From NCBI GenBank assembly GCA_040954595.2, contig CM082576.2, positions 19,825,028-19,889,027 of the forward strand: a DNA stretch of 64,000 nucleotides. Direction: 5' to 3'. Positions 1 to 13,946 of the stretch are shown one piece after another (the first letter of the stretch is position 1; each line of letters starts with the position of its first letter). Under the pieces are notes generated by a model that worked only from the letters and a program-made list of their open reading frames with translations, was not told the DNA's origin and searched no databases. The position numbers and the translations under genes are program-made. Source of the DNA: Balanoglossus misakiensis (lineage: Eukaryota > Animalia > Hemichordata).

Positions 1-700
1 TACAACTACACATCCGAGAAATAATACTTTACCAACGCTTGTACGTAACATACGCATGACACACCGATCGCCCGAATTCTACACTTCCGGTCACGAGATT
101 CGCTTGCCTAAACCCTTTCCAGTCTAAATAATCATTTGTACATTGACTGCAAAAAGAAGCTTATCTCGTAATTTCAACTTGAATGGAACGCACTAGAAAC
201 TCTGATTTACCCAGCCTCTAATTGTTCTATTTAATCCAGCGAACTCCACCATCTCAACATATATAACATTTGCCAAAACATGCATGCTTACGGTACCATG
301 GATTCTTTACATACAATAAGCAATCTCGACATGTTACGATAGCCGCCATATTGGATTTAGCTCGAGACGAAAATACAAAACATCTTACAAAACTGCCATC
401 GTCTCACAAACAAACAAAATCACACTACCATTGGTTAAACAACAACTTCATAACCAACACCACCAAGTATTATACGTTCAAACCACCGATTCTCTCATTC
501 GTACCACATTTAAAAACTGCATGTAATTGTATACGTGTTACTCACCGGATTCAGGTCAACGCCTCTGCTGGAGTCAGATTCGTTTTCGGATTCAAGTGCG
601 TAGGATGAAGTTGCTTTCAGATTCATACCCCATAGACGTGTTGGGTTAACACTCCGTTTATACAGCTCAATATATTGGTATATCTATACCTGTTGCATCC
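1..700. repeat. Dispersed repeat; uninterrupted inverted paralog of the repeat that hosts the CACTA element
   Basis: Reverse complement aligns by eye with ~41060-41439 and continues at 53448-~53680 (e.g. aaaccaccgattct/agaatcggtggttt; cgatcgcccgaattc/gaattcgggcgatcg). Confidence 0.8.
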
Positions 701-1019
701 TCTTCACAGTTAACAAATGTAATATACAGATCTGTTCACTTAAATAAAGATATGTTTATAGCCAAACAAATACCTCTGTCAAAACTTTCACTGATTGAGA
801 TGAACATTTTCAACTATTTACAACCAATCCACACATCACTAGTGACTAATTAACCAATCACTAATAATGTGTCCATTCTAACTTTGTATTTCACCCTCAA
901 CTACTGCATGTGTAATGATGCATGTGGATTAGTGTGTAATCACAATATTTTGTAGCCTACCTTCTGCCCATCATTTTTGTAATTGGACATTATGCTGTCC
1001 ATATTCCAGTTTTTTTGCC

Positions 1020-3433
1020 ACAATTTTTACTAAGTTTGCCAAGAACATTGTCATTGGTCGAAGATTATGGCGGCCATATTGGATTTTCGAAAAACCATAG
1101 TAAAACTCCAACAATCTTCTCCAGAACCAGCGATAACTGAGTCGCAAGATTCGGGGAGTATGGTCACTACACTGATGTCTATCAAGTATGCAAAGAGCAT
1201 TGTGATTGGTCGAAAAATATGGCGGCCATATTGGATTTTGTAAAAAGCAGTGAAAAATTGAAATTCCTTTTTCTAGTCTAGAAATTGATAGCATGCAAAT
1301 TCTTTTTATGGATATCAATCGTCATATGACTAAATATGTTACAAATTTTTGGCGATTTTTCACATGACCTTTGACCTACTTTTCACAGATTATTATTTCT
1401 GCATATCTATTTCCAGGCTAACCTATAGGGATGCATATATAGCTCATACTACCTGTTCTAAATGTACCAGAGTTCTGATTTTTGTGCACATTGGTATCGC
1501 CCCTGCCAGGACCTACCCCAAATATTTTGGTAATTTTGGCAATGACCTTTGACCTACTTTTGACACATCGTTTTTTTCTGCATATCTAATTCCAGGCTAA
1601 CCTATAGGGCTATCATTTTGGTTTTTGATGTATGTGGATTTGTATGATATAAAAAAAATTCGCTACTTTTCATGACCCCTTTGACCTCTGCTGACCTCAT
1701 TAAATATGCGCATACCTAATTACAGATGAACCGATAGACCTAGAGGTTTGGTTTTTGTTGGACATGGACCAGTATTGGGTCAAAATTTTTTGCCCAAATG
1801 TTGGGTGACCTTGGGTGACCTTTGAGTTACTTTTGCATATGTCGACATCCACAGCAGATACAGCCTTGCCATTTGGAGGTATGGGGCCATAATGAAAAGC
1901 CAAAGTTTTGGGTCACCTGTGACACCTGCTTAACTCATTATTTATGTGCATACCTAATTCTGGGCTAACCAAAAGGCCTAGAGGTTATGATGGACATGGA
2001 CCACTATGGGTCAAAATTTTCTGCCCAAACTGTGGGTGACCTCTGGGTGACCTTTGACCTACTTAACACTATATCAGCACTAAACATAGATATAATCTTG
2101 ATATTTCATGGGATAAAACACAGCATTATGTTTCTACTCATTAATTATGTGCATATCTAAAAATCAGATCAGATAATAGAGCTTGGGCCCGGACAATGCT
2201 GCTTGCAGCTTTAATTCTTCTTTATTCTTCTTCTTCTTCTTCTTCCCCAAAATTCGGCCAGGTAGATCTGGAAAACCGCAGCACCTAGGGGGCTGAAACT
2301 TCATAGGGTGATAGGGGCCAATGAGTAGACGTGCAGTGGCTCGTGAATATTTAATTAGTCACGTGACCTGGCGGCCATATTGGATTTCCTGAAAATCGTT
2401 AAACGAGTCCTTCTCAAAAACTACTGGGCCGATCGAGTTCAAATTTGGTGTGCAGGTAGCCTACCTTCCGTCCATCATTTTACCCAATTGAAATCATGAC
2501 GTCACACAAACCGTTTTTTTTGCTACAACTGTTTTTCTGAAAAACTACTTAAAACTTTAAAAATCTTCTTCTCCAGAACCAGCGATTGCCGAGTCACGGG
2601 ATTCGGGGTATGTGGTCACCTAACCTATGTCTATCAAGTTTGCGAAGCGCACTGTGATTGGTCGATCATTATGGCGGCCATGTTGGATTTTCGTAAAACC
2701 ATTGAAAAATGAAAATTCTGTTTTGTAGCCAAAATGTTGACAGCACGGAAATTCTTTTTTTGGATATGAGTCATCATATGACCGGAAGTTGTCACAATTT
2801 TTCGGGGCAATTTTCACATGACCTTTGACCCAGTTTTAAAACAACTAATTATATATGCATATTCCCCATACCTCCTCTTGTCAAAGCACCACAGTCATGA
2901 ATTTTGTGGACATGGGTACCAATGCTGCCAGGACATGACACAAATATTTTTGTAATTTTGGCAATGACCCTTGACCTATTTCTGAAACATCATTTTTCTG
3001 CATATCTAATTCCAGGCTAACCAATAGGGCTAGAGGTCTGGTTTTAGTTGGACATGGGCCACTCTGGGGTCAAAATTTGATGCCCTAATTTTGGGTGACC
3101 TTGGGTGACCTTTGATCTACTTTCCCATATCTCAGCATCCAGAGCAGTTAGAGCCCTGGCTTTTATGGGTATTGAGCACATAATGGAGTCTTACACAAGA
3201 CCTCATTAATTATGTGCATACCTAATTGCAGGTGAACCAATAGGGCTAGGGGTCTGGTTTTTTGTTGGATCTAGACTAGTATGGGGTCCAATTTTTTGCC
3301 GAAATTTGGGGTGACCTCAGGTGACCTTTGACCTACTTTCCCATATCTTGGTATCTCCAGCAGATACAGCCGTGGCATTTGCTGGTCACCATGGGAACCG
3401 CTTGTGCCCCCCCAACGCTGCTTGCAGCTTTAA
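1020..3433 (+). mobile_element. Two head-to-tail non-autonomous Helentron-like (HINE) elements
   Basis: Both units end in the hairpin GCTGC-TT-GCAGC followed by TTTAAT (2198-2209, 3417-3428). Unit 2 starts with a (CTT)n tract at ~2217. Internal sub-repeats recur (ggcggccatattggatttt; catatctaattccaggctaacc). An inverted copy lies at 33229-35170. The Helentron assignment is inferred from structure only. Confidence 0.6.
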
Positions 3434-3804
3434 TCTGTCTTTGTCTTACCGATACAGTTCTAACCGCGAACACTGAGGCTTCTCTGCTCGTACACAGTAT
3501 AAATCAATGGATGATAAAATGCGCCCTCTTTTGGTGAACTCTTCCTACCGCCCGACCTTCTACCTTACATTAAGGCATGTAGGGCGGTCAGGTAGATGGC
3601 AGTGTATTGCAAGCGTCTCTTGCATATTTTTTTCCGCCAGGAATGGCATACATTCGTTTTTGGCGACACCACAACTGCTGGAACTTCTCGAAAAATTGAG
3701 AGCCGGATTTCATAAATGCTCATGTTTTCCGAAGGGCTGAAAGAAGATCCAGAGTGGAATATTTAAATTTGCCTGTGGCAGACATCATAGTGGCTGCCAG
3801 TTAT

Positions 3805-3995
3805 TCTATTTCTTGTGCAAGAGATAGTATCTTGTTCCAGCGAGATGTTTTCTCGTGTGCACGAGAAACATGCTATCTCGTGCATATCTCGTGCGCACGA
3901 GAAAATTGCGAGCGCACTCGTGTTCACGAGAAAATATCACATGCACACGTAAGTCGTGCGCACGAGATAAAAAAATGTGCCCTGTAGTCTTTCTT
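3805..3995. repeat. Degenerate cluster of CTCGTGCGCACGAG-type palindromic repeats (MITE remnant)
   Basis: Repeated cacgaga/tctcgtg motifs in both orientations. Confidence 0.5.
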
Positions 3996-4994
3996 AGGAC
4001 ATGGTAGCGTGACGTCGCATTGTAATTAACGGACGATCTTGGAAATTCGGCTATTAATGGTGAATGGACTTTCGCCTCCTTCGAACAACAACAGAGACTG
4101 ACGTCGCAACAATGACAGAAAAAGTGAAGCAAATGGCCGACAAAACGAAGAGAATCGGAAAACGGGCAGGATCCTCGGCACAGACATCTGGGAATAATAC
4201 CACCGCATCAAATAGAACGACGAGTAGTGCAGGACAAACCGCCACCAGTGACTATGACAACAAGTCTGAAGGCGATGCTGGTGAACCCTTGCACAATACA
4301 ACTACAGTCCTACAGAGAAATGCAGCCCAGCGCCACTCAAGATTTTCCATTCCTGGTCTGGCAGCAGCCAAAATATGTTGTTGTTTTTTTCACTTAGAAG
4401 CGACCTCAGTCTGAGCTGCATGAAAATAAACTGTAGGTTGGGAATACAACAAAAAAACACGCAGTCGCTGCGGTCAACACGTAGCTATTAGTTTCGGTTT
4501 TATGTTCGCTACAGCTCGGAAACCAAAATGTGGTACAACTTCAAGCTACATAAACTGGAAAGCATAGTACGTGCAGAGCAGACCATGGTGACGAAAGCAG
4601 GTATTCTAGGTCGTAAGATAAAAACACGGCGCTAGAAAAACAGTCATCAAAAGTTGCACGTGTTCCCCGGCCACAAATAATGTAATTGTTGGCGCACAGA
4701 AAGTCCAGTCGATAAACGTTTACGCTATAGAAACTCACTCTCTCAGCAAAAGTCTGACACCCTCGTCAATGACAAAACGCAAACCGAGCTGGGTATGATC
4801 AAGTCAAACATAGGGCCAATCCCCACTCTGTGTTTTATTATTTTCCACATACGATGGTTCTAAATAAAAATGTACCAATTTGAAATGCTTACCGAGGTAA
4901 GATCATTGAAAGTTTTCAAACGTTGATGACAAATGTATAACTGATTTTTTACAAATGAATAATCGCGCACTTGCATATTATTTTCTCTATACCA

Positions 4995-5110
4995 GACACC
5001 GCGCGCGCGCCGTTGGCAAAAAAAAACGCGGAAAATTATTGAGCATGCGCAGTCGATACTTCACATTGTAAACAAGATGGCGTCGCTGCCTATGCTTCTG
5101 GACCGCTGTC
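4995..5110 (+). promoter_or_regulatory. Possible CpG-rich promoter core with NRF1-like and YY1-like sites
   Basis: CpG-rich patch with GAGCATGCGCAG (5041) and CAAGATGGCGTC (~5073). No downstream gene was identified. Confidence 0.25.
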
Positions 5111-7187
5111 GCCTGACTATGTCGGCAAAGAAGAGACGAATTTAACCATGCAACGCCATATCGGAAGACAGAATGATCGCGAGATGAAACCGGGCTATCC
5201 AACGATTAGGCAGCCATGTTGACTGATTGGTATGTCGCCGAAGTAATTATTTGCCATTGATTTGTTTACCAGAAACGGTTTGCCTTTGGAACACATTTGG
5301 CCTCACCGAAATTGATTTCAGAGGTTTTTTCCCAAAAACTAATGACGTTCGTTTTCACCTGAGTGCGAGGATGGATTGAAGGGACACAAGCTTTTGTAGC
5401 CACCAATATTTTGACACTCTTTATATCAATGTTGAGCTGGCATATTTGCTCCAATATGATGTAGTGTACCTGTTGCATTGAAATGAAGCTGTAATAATAT
5501 TACAGTGCAATCTAGTCCTTTGGGTTAATAGGAAAACGAGGTCAATAAATGACAGGTTTATTTAAATACAGGATATATTTATCACAAGCACTTATGCATA
5601 TGTATGAGATACTTATTTATTTTTAATTTATTTTTTATTTTTTATTTATTTTGTACGTTCAGGTAATCATATGGATTTGTATGGAATCACATACACATTA
5701 ATTGAAGACTATCATATCACAGAAGTCGAGCCGCCAGATGTGTAAGGTAACCATTTAGGTTTCATGACTAAGTTTGTTTAAGAATTCATAAAGCTACCCA
5801 ATGAATGAATTTCCTTAAAATTTCACAAATGTGACAGAGTTTGCAGTTGTGCAAGAAAGTGTGTATTATTCACATAAGAATTTTTTCGTATGCATTTTTC
5901 TGATGGCAATGCATTTGACTGTAAACAAATATGGATGTCAGTTAGTAGTGCTATTTTGTCAGTGAAATGGCTTCATCATCATCCCTCCAACCAAAGTTGA
6001 AACAGAGTTGCAAATATTGCACAGCTTGAAATCATAAAATGTTGCAAAATTGAACCAACCCTTTGGTCAACGATTATGTTCTTACAGCTATTATTAGAAC
6101 CAGACAGTCTCAGGGAACAAGAGACATGGGCCTGATTTGCAAGTTGAGTTAGAACTGCCTTTGCCTGCCCACGGACGCCCCAATTTCAGCAAAAATTATT
6201 GCATTAAAATATGAGTATGGAGAACTATGCTCTGTGTTTCTTTTGTTAGCTTACTTAGCTGTTGTCATTCTAGTTTTTCCTCCGTCCTGTGAGCAGAGTT
6301 TCAGTTGCGAAAACCGACAGTTATCAAAGTACAAAAGTACACCTAAATTGCCTCGGTGATGAGCATGCAGAATTTATCTGATGCTTCTTACTGGCAGAAG
6401 GACCCCACCAGTTGCAGATTGTCAATTCCATGGCACAAGGGAATTTACGCTTTGCGTTCAAATATAAATAATTAAATCCTGTAAAATTATTCTATATGTT
6501 ATTTATTGATGATTCAAAAGTGTTATGACTGATTGTGTTAGAGTACCTGTATTCCATATAAGCATGCTGTCAGTGCACATCCGATTGATAACAATTTCAC
6601 ATTTTTAAAAATTTGCTTCTCTGAATAATTATGAATACATAAAACTTCATATGATATAAATTGTCCTGATATCGTAAACATTAAACCCCGATGCGTGGTA
6701 TAAAAGACCCCCCAAATCAGTGGCGAATCTTAATGCCGTTTGACTGACAACAGACAACACCAACGATCTTGGCTCTAACGATCTTGGCTCTATGAAAATC
6801 GGCCCAAACAGATCCAAGCATAAAGAATTACACCACACAACGACAGTGGTTGGCTTTATAAACACACACAACATAAAGTTATCGATGAAAAAGTACACGA
6901 GCTTTTGAAACAACGATGATTTTGGGAGAAATCTGGTTTCAGTGCTTTTCAGAAGCATCCCTGGGAAACAATAACCACGCCATTCAAACAGCTGTCAATC
7001 GCATAGAGGTGTAAAGTGTTCAATTATTTTCTATGTACATGAGATCAATTACACAGTTATTATGCACGGCGACCACTCCCAAATAAACAACTGTACAAAC
7101 ACACGTTAATCCGAACCCCAGTACTTTCCGCACCGGGGTTTAAGGCCTAATGCTAGTGTCACAACATTGATTACCAGACCGTTTCCC

Positions 7188-7300
7188 TATGTATGTATGT
7201 ATGTATGTATGTATGTATGTATGTATGCAGCCATGTATGCATGTGTTTGTGTGTGTGTGTACATGTGTGTATGCATGTTACATGTATATATGGATGTATG
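7188..7300. repeat. (TATG)n/(TG)n microsatellite
   Basis: Read directly from the sequence. Confidence 0.95.
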
Positions 7301-8239
7301 TCTGCCCTGATCCAAAACATGAAACCACGCTTTTTTTATTTTGGTGTGTAGATGGGATTTTGCTTAAATGAAGTTGTCATTGCAAAAATACGCAAATAAC
7401 CTGTGAAATATGTGGAATTGATCAAAACTCAACAACTGGTTAGACTGCTTTGAACATTTGTATGCATGTAGGTAATGTCATCATACCTGATATACTTTGA
7501 GTTTATATCGTGAATTGTCTATTTTTTATGCAATTATTTTGTCTTGTTTTACCATTTGAAAAAAAATCTTTTCCTCTTAAAGAGATTGGCTGATTTCTTT
7601 AGAATTTAGTATGACACTTCCGGTAGGTGATCTTAGTTGGTTTTGTTTAAATTGTCGCAGAATTTGTAATCTGTCATTTTTGGTCAAAATTCATTTTCTG
7701 AGAAACTCCTTAGATTGCTTTTAAATTTTGGTATGCTTGTTCCAAGAGGTAACCCAAGTAATGTTGTATATCATTTTGGTGAAATTTACATATTGTGGTC
7801 TTGGGGCAATTTTTGCAATTTGTATTCTTTGAAACTACTAGTCAGATTGCTTTCAACTTTGGGAGGCGTGGTGATTGAAGTAGATATTATACAATTTGTT
7901 GATAGTTGGATAGATGTGGTTTGAGGCAGTTTTTGTCATTGTTGAATGTTGTTTTCCCTAAAATACTTGTCTGGTTCCTTTGAAATGTTCTTACAGTAGG
8001 TCATATCTGCTTGCCAATGTCACATGATTTTTCCCATGAACACAGACATACCTAATTTTGTGTAATCCCCAGATGGGACCACAGTGTGTAATAACCTGAC
8101 CAACAGTGACTAGTATATCCTGTGTGTTATACAGTACTTCTCACAAGGTTGAAGTACATGTAGACTGTTGATGATTTTTTGCGATTCTTCAGAAACTTAC
8201 AATACAGAGTCTAATGTGGTAACGTCCATGGTCACATTA

Positions 8240-9732
8240 GTCCTGTTTCAAAATGACCTACATTACACGTCCTATACACATGTTTTGAATGTTATGATTG
8301 GTTTATCCGCTTCTCTTAGGTCCACTTGCGGCACGCTGATTGGAGGGACCTTGTAGGTTAGGTCTTATTATTATGTATTATTCACTAGACCTTGTAGGTT
8401 AGGTCTTATTACTATGCATTTTTCGCTTTACAGCTCCCTGATTGGTTAACGTGTCAGTCTGGTCCCCCATGTGTTCACTGCCTCATAATACAGGACCTTG
8501 TAGGTTAGGTCATATTAATATGTATTTATTCACCATACAGCTCCCTGATTGGTTAACGTGTCAGTCTGGTCTCCCAGTGTTCACTGCCTCATTGTGAAAT
8601 GTCCCATGTGCTTCCTGGCTAGCGTTGTGGTAACACATTATTCGGTATGTCCGCAGATCATTCATTAATTTTCTGAGAAATAGCCTGACTGATACTATCT
8701 CCAACATAAACTGCACCCTGGAAAGATTAAATGATTTTTAGATGGACTTTGAAAATCTGATTAACACATCTAAGCATTTTTGCTAACAGTTGTATATTTT
8801 CTTAAATCACCCTCCTACTTCTCATCATCAATATTATTATTGTTGTTTTACTATTTTAAAGTAAATTTGTTTTGACGTAGATGTTGTGAAAAGGAGTACG
8901 TTGTCCGTTTATACATTCGTATATTGTTTTCATAAAAATGGAACTATGACGGTGCAGCTTCGTGAAAGAAGTACAATAAAAGTAATCATACCTGTAAAGC
9001 AACTAATGAGGTATCCCAATTAAAGAAATGCAATGCTATTCTAAACAGTTCTATTGTAAGATATTTTTGGTTTACTCGAATGAATAGCACACACTTCGTA
9101 TTCAGCCAGGTGTTACACGAAGTGATGCGCTGAAAAGCATTACGTAACAAAACACTAGCCCATTTCAACAAACCGCCACTGGAAATAAAATAAAAAAATT
9201 CTCCTGGCAATTTTTATTTCGAGTATCTAGTTCACAGTATCACAAAAAAATGCCATGAATAGTGAAGGAAATGTTAAATCCAATCATTATATGAGTGCCT
9301 TTCTTTATACACTGGGATCGAGCTTCGACAACGCGCAGGCAGCATGCCAGACAGAATACGACAACTGTATTCAGAAAGTACAAAAGACTTTGCATAACGA
9401 GGCAGTGAAAATTGGAGACCTACACATTAACCAATCAGGGAGCTGACAATTGAATAAATGCATGTTAATAAGACCTAACCTACAAGGTCCTGCATAATGA
9501 GGCAGTGAACACTGGAGGACCAGACCTACACATTAACCAATCAGGGAGCTGTAAAGTGAATAATACATAGTAATAAGACCTACCCTACAAGGTCTAGTGA
9601 ATAATACATAATAATAAGACCTAACACATAAGGTCCCTCCAATCACCGTGCCTCAAGTGGACCTAAGATTACCAGATGGACCAATCACAGATGTCGGTAC
9701 ATATGTCATGGACCTGACTTATGAAACAGGAC
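8240..9732. mobile_element. Non-autonomous DNA transposon/foldback with ~350-bp internally repetitive inverted arms
   Basis: Termini GTCCTGTTTCA (8240) and TGAAACAGGAC (9722-9732). Arms 8297-8595 and 9398-9690 are mutually inverted and contain repeats of gaccttgtaggttaggtc and cagctccctgattggttaa. No clear TSD. Confidence 0.7.
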
Positions 9733-10282
9733 CGTTCAGAACTACCTAGTCTATGCCCGGCAGTGTTCTGTCCGCTTTGCTTCCAAAACTAATGTCTGGC
9801 CTCACTCATGCCACTTGCCCAATAAACTAATACCCCTTGCTGGGAATTATGATGTAACTAGCGTCGCTTTGAAGCCTATCACATTACTGAACAGTGTTGA
9901 TTTGGTGTAAGATTATAGTGAAGGCAGGGCTTATTACATTGAAAATGCTACCCAACCTTAATTACACGTATGTATATCCTTTGTCTAATCATTGGAAAAA
10001 CAATGTACATGTACCAAAGACTAAGTAGCTATTTGAAGGTGAATCGCAAGTGGGCACTTTTATTACTTAACCTCAAGCAGTCGGTTAGCTACCGTATACT
10101 AAGACAAACATTCCTGGTGTAATTAACATCACTGTCATTAGTAATATCTATCTCCAATCAGTATCAGTTCTGCCTTTACGTTATTTTAAGTCAATTGTCA
10201 AGGTTCATGTACATATATTACAGCTTAACTGTCTTGTCAAAAACTTACGCATGTACATGTACCTAATTCTAGGCTTACCTGT

Positions 10283-11468
10283 AGGGTTAGAGATACAGTG
10301 TTTTATATTAATATGCATTAATATGAAACTAAAATTTGATGGTTAATTTAAGACCCCCCTGAGCAATGGTAACCTCGTTAAATATGTGCATATCTAATTC
10401 TAGGCTATTCAGCTGAAGTAGAAACCTGGACATGGACAACTTCGGGGTCAAAATCTGTTGACAAACATTTGTGTGATCTTGGGTAAACTTTGACCTACAT
10501 TCCTATATTTTAGCATCCGGAGCAGATACAACCTTGACACTTGGAGTGATGGAACTATTTGATTGAGTATTATGTCTTGCCTCATTAATTATGTACTTAC
10601 CTAATGCCAGCCTAACCAATAGGGCTGGAAGTCTGGCTTTTTGGACATGATAAATTTGAGATCAACATTTTTCTACAGCAGCCAGCCTTCTCTTAAAAAG
10701 AATGGACAATATAAAGGCTTTGATGGTATACTGAACTTTTGACTCCCTCCCTGAGACTGTGTGCCAATGACGGGATAGCCTACTCAGCGTTGGGTAGATC
10801 CTAAGAAGGCCTCAGCCAGGCATCAAATACAAAAAGCGGAAATCCAAGCTTTAATGGTGGGTTACATCGTTAACTTCCCTGCAGAGCTGATTTCTCAGAC
10901 TGTGAGCCAATGACGGGTAAAGCCCCTAGGTAGGGGCCACCTAAGACAGGCCGGTCATGCTTTAATCACAAAGAAGGGCAAGTTTAGTCTTACCACAACT
11001 TTGTCTGCTGTATATGCTTCATAAAGATTGCAGAGTATTTTGAGAATACATTGTGTTAAGGCAGTGTGACCAGCTAAAAAGTACTGGCAAACACAGCCAA
11101 TGTGTAATGAAAAACATCTAATTTGGCTGAATAAAAGACATAAAACACAGCAAAAGCACTGTGACTAGCTGAGACATAATACTCCATTATGCAGTTCCAT
11201 CACTCCAAGTGTCAGGGATGTATCTGTGCCGGATGCCAAGATATAGGAATGTAGGTCAAAGTTTACCCAAGATCACCCAACATTTTGTCAAAAGATTTTG
11301 ACCCCAAAGTTGTCCATGTCCAGGTTTCTACCGCAACTGGATAGCCTAGAATTAGATATGTACATATTTAATGAGGTTACCATGGATCAAGGCAGTCCTA
11401 AGTAAACCATCAAATTTTTAGTTTCATGTTAATTCATGTTAATATAAAACGCTGTATCTCTAACCCTC
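10283..11468. repeat. Inverted repeat pair (~10283-10580 / ~11170-11468) built from HINE-like core sequence
   Basis: agggttagagatacag vs ctgtatctctaaccct; ggacatggacaactt vs aagttgtccatgtcc. Motifs are shared with the 1-3.4 kb elements. Confidence 0.8.
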
Positions 11469-13946
11469 TGGTATGCCATTCTGTGTTTCATGCTACCCAA
11501 TATGGGTAAGTAGGTAAAAAGTCACCCTAGGCCAATTGAAATTTTGCTGAAAAAATCACGTCTCTTACATATGTACATTTGGTAAAAGGGAAATTTTAAT
11601 CACGGAGTAGAACATATTCATAAAAAATATTTGAGGGAAAGAAGGAAGTTTTTCATAGCTTTGGTGCGTCAAATAGTAGAGAGGTTCCCTTGTTATCCTT
11701 AGACTCAAACTCAGAGTTTCCAATCTTTCAGTATTTTCATGATATTACTTTCCATCTTAGATTTGTTCATCTAAACAAACTGACTGATAGGTATACATGA
11801 ACATTTTATTGACTAATGAATGTGCCTGTATGTTGCAATTTAAAGAAGTCAGATATTAAACAAGCGCCACACCTGTTTTAATCAGCCTCCATATGGAGGG
11901 TACACATCGCAGAGAGATGACAAACCCCATGCAAATTCAAGTAATATGTCTCAATGGTGCTGATTTTAAAGGATAGGTGGATGATTTGAAAAATGTTATT
12001 GTGGAAAAAGATGTGTAAAATTTGGCAGCTTGTGAGGCTTTAATTGTAAAATCTTTGAAATGTGTTTTACTCTTTAGGTCCAATTTTGTATATGTCAATA
12101 TACCATTGGGACCAATGTGAAATTGTTCTAAACTCAGAAACTCAAGAAGGTACTGGTCAGATTGCTTTAGAAATTGGTGTGTATTTATGTTATTGAGACT
12201 TTATACAGATTTTATTTTTCATTTTTGAAGTATATTTTGGGGTGATTTTGGTCGTCATATACTCAGAAACCTCTACCCACATTTTTTTTAAAATTTGGTT
12301 TGCATGTTTTTAGGTGTGATTTTATGACAATTTAACAAACCCAGTGATGGAAGTGACAATATTTTTTTTTTTTTTTTTTGGCAATTACTGCCATTTTTGT
12401 CTGATTGCTTTGCAATTTAGTTTGCAGTTTCTAGGGAATTCTTACTGTGGTGCACAAAATTCACAAAGGTGATTTACTATCCTCATGCGCTTTGTTGAAC
12501 TGGCACCCTGTTGCAAAACAGACATTACAACACTCTTTGAATTGAATTCATAGCTACCAATTTTTCGGGGGTGTAGCACCTTTTTTATGCCTAAAACTTT
12601 GATCGAGAACTTCAAATTAAATGCAACCCTCCAAATATTTGCAATATTTCAGGTAAAATGATTTAATTTTAAAGCATAAATTTTGATGTATTCATAATCA
12701 TTAAGAAAAACACATTTTGAAAATAGAATATTAATCACACTAGCAGTCATAATACTTTTGAATCATCACTAAAGAACATATAGAAAAATTAAACAGGTGT
12801 TAATTATTTATATTTGAACGCAAAGCGTAAATTCCCTTGTGCCATGGAATTGACAATCTGCAACTGGTGGGGTCCTTCTGCCAGTAAAAAGCATCAGATA
12901 AATTCTGCATGCTCATCACCGAGGCAATTTAGGTGTACTTTTGTACTTTAAGAACTGTCGGTTTTCGCAACTGAAACTCTGTTCTCAGGACAGAGGAAAA
13001 ACTAGAATGACAACAGCTATGTAAGCTAACAAAATGAACACAGAGCATAGTTCTCCATACTCACATTTTAATGCAATAATTTTTGCTGAAACTGGGGCGT
13101 CCGTGGGCAGGCAAAGGCAGTTCTAACTCGACTTGCAAATAAGGCCCATGTCTCTTGTTCGCTGAGATTGTCTGGTTCTAATAATAGCTGTAAGAACTTG
13201 ATCATTGACCGAACTGTTGGTTCAATTTTGCAACATTTTATGATTTCAAGCTGTGCAATATTTGCAACTCAGTTTCAACTTTGGTTGGAGGGATGATGAT
13301 GAAGCCATTTCACTGACAAAATAGCGCTACTGACTGATGTCAATGTTTGTTTACAGTCAAATGCATTGCCATCATAAAAATACATGTGAGAAATTTCTTA
13401 TGTGTATGATACACACTTTTGTGCATGACTGCAAACTCTGTTACAGTTGTGAAATTCTAAGGGTTGAATTCATTGGGTAGAATTCATGTTTTTGGATTCT
13501 TAAACAACCAGTCACGAAAGCTAAGTGGTTACCTCAGAGAAACTGTGTTAAATTTGGTCATCAATTGCTTTAAATCACACAAGACATTCCCAGAGCTAAA
13601 GTTACTGCAGCAGTCAGTTTCAACTCAGCTTGCAAATTGGGATCATGTCTTGTGTTCATCGAGACTGTCTGTAGTCGAGTTGACAGTCCTATGGGGTCAA
13701 TGATGAACCTACAAATGTTCTTTCCAATGAAATTGTTATAAATCTAATATTCAGGATTTGCATTCATACCTTAAACAATATAACTGTATTGCAAATATGG
13801 CAACTCTTCTAAGTTACATTGGAACACCTTCTCGCCACTGTTTGTGCCAAAATGGTGAATAAGCTTTCATTTTCAAGCCTTAACATAGGCACCCAAAACA
13901 AGACAACAGCATTGCAAATATGGCATTTTTTGTTCAACTCTTCTCA

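Larger units (their letters stand above)
5745..13535. repeat. Long inverted repeat pair (arms ~5745-6645 and ~12680-13535)
   Basis: Near-identical core, e.g. ccatggcacaagggaatttacgctttgcgttcaaatataaa (6428) versus its reverse complement at ~12806-12846. Confidence 0.9.

Noticed and set aside
971-3537. Short ORFs shared with 33-35 kb
   Set aside because: Chance frames in a non-coding repeat; similarity reflects repeat copies only.
4064-4414. 116-aa Ser/Thr-rich ORF
   Set aside because: No recognisable domain and no supported splice partners.
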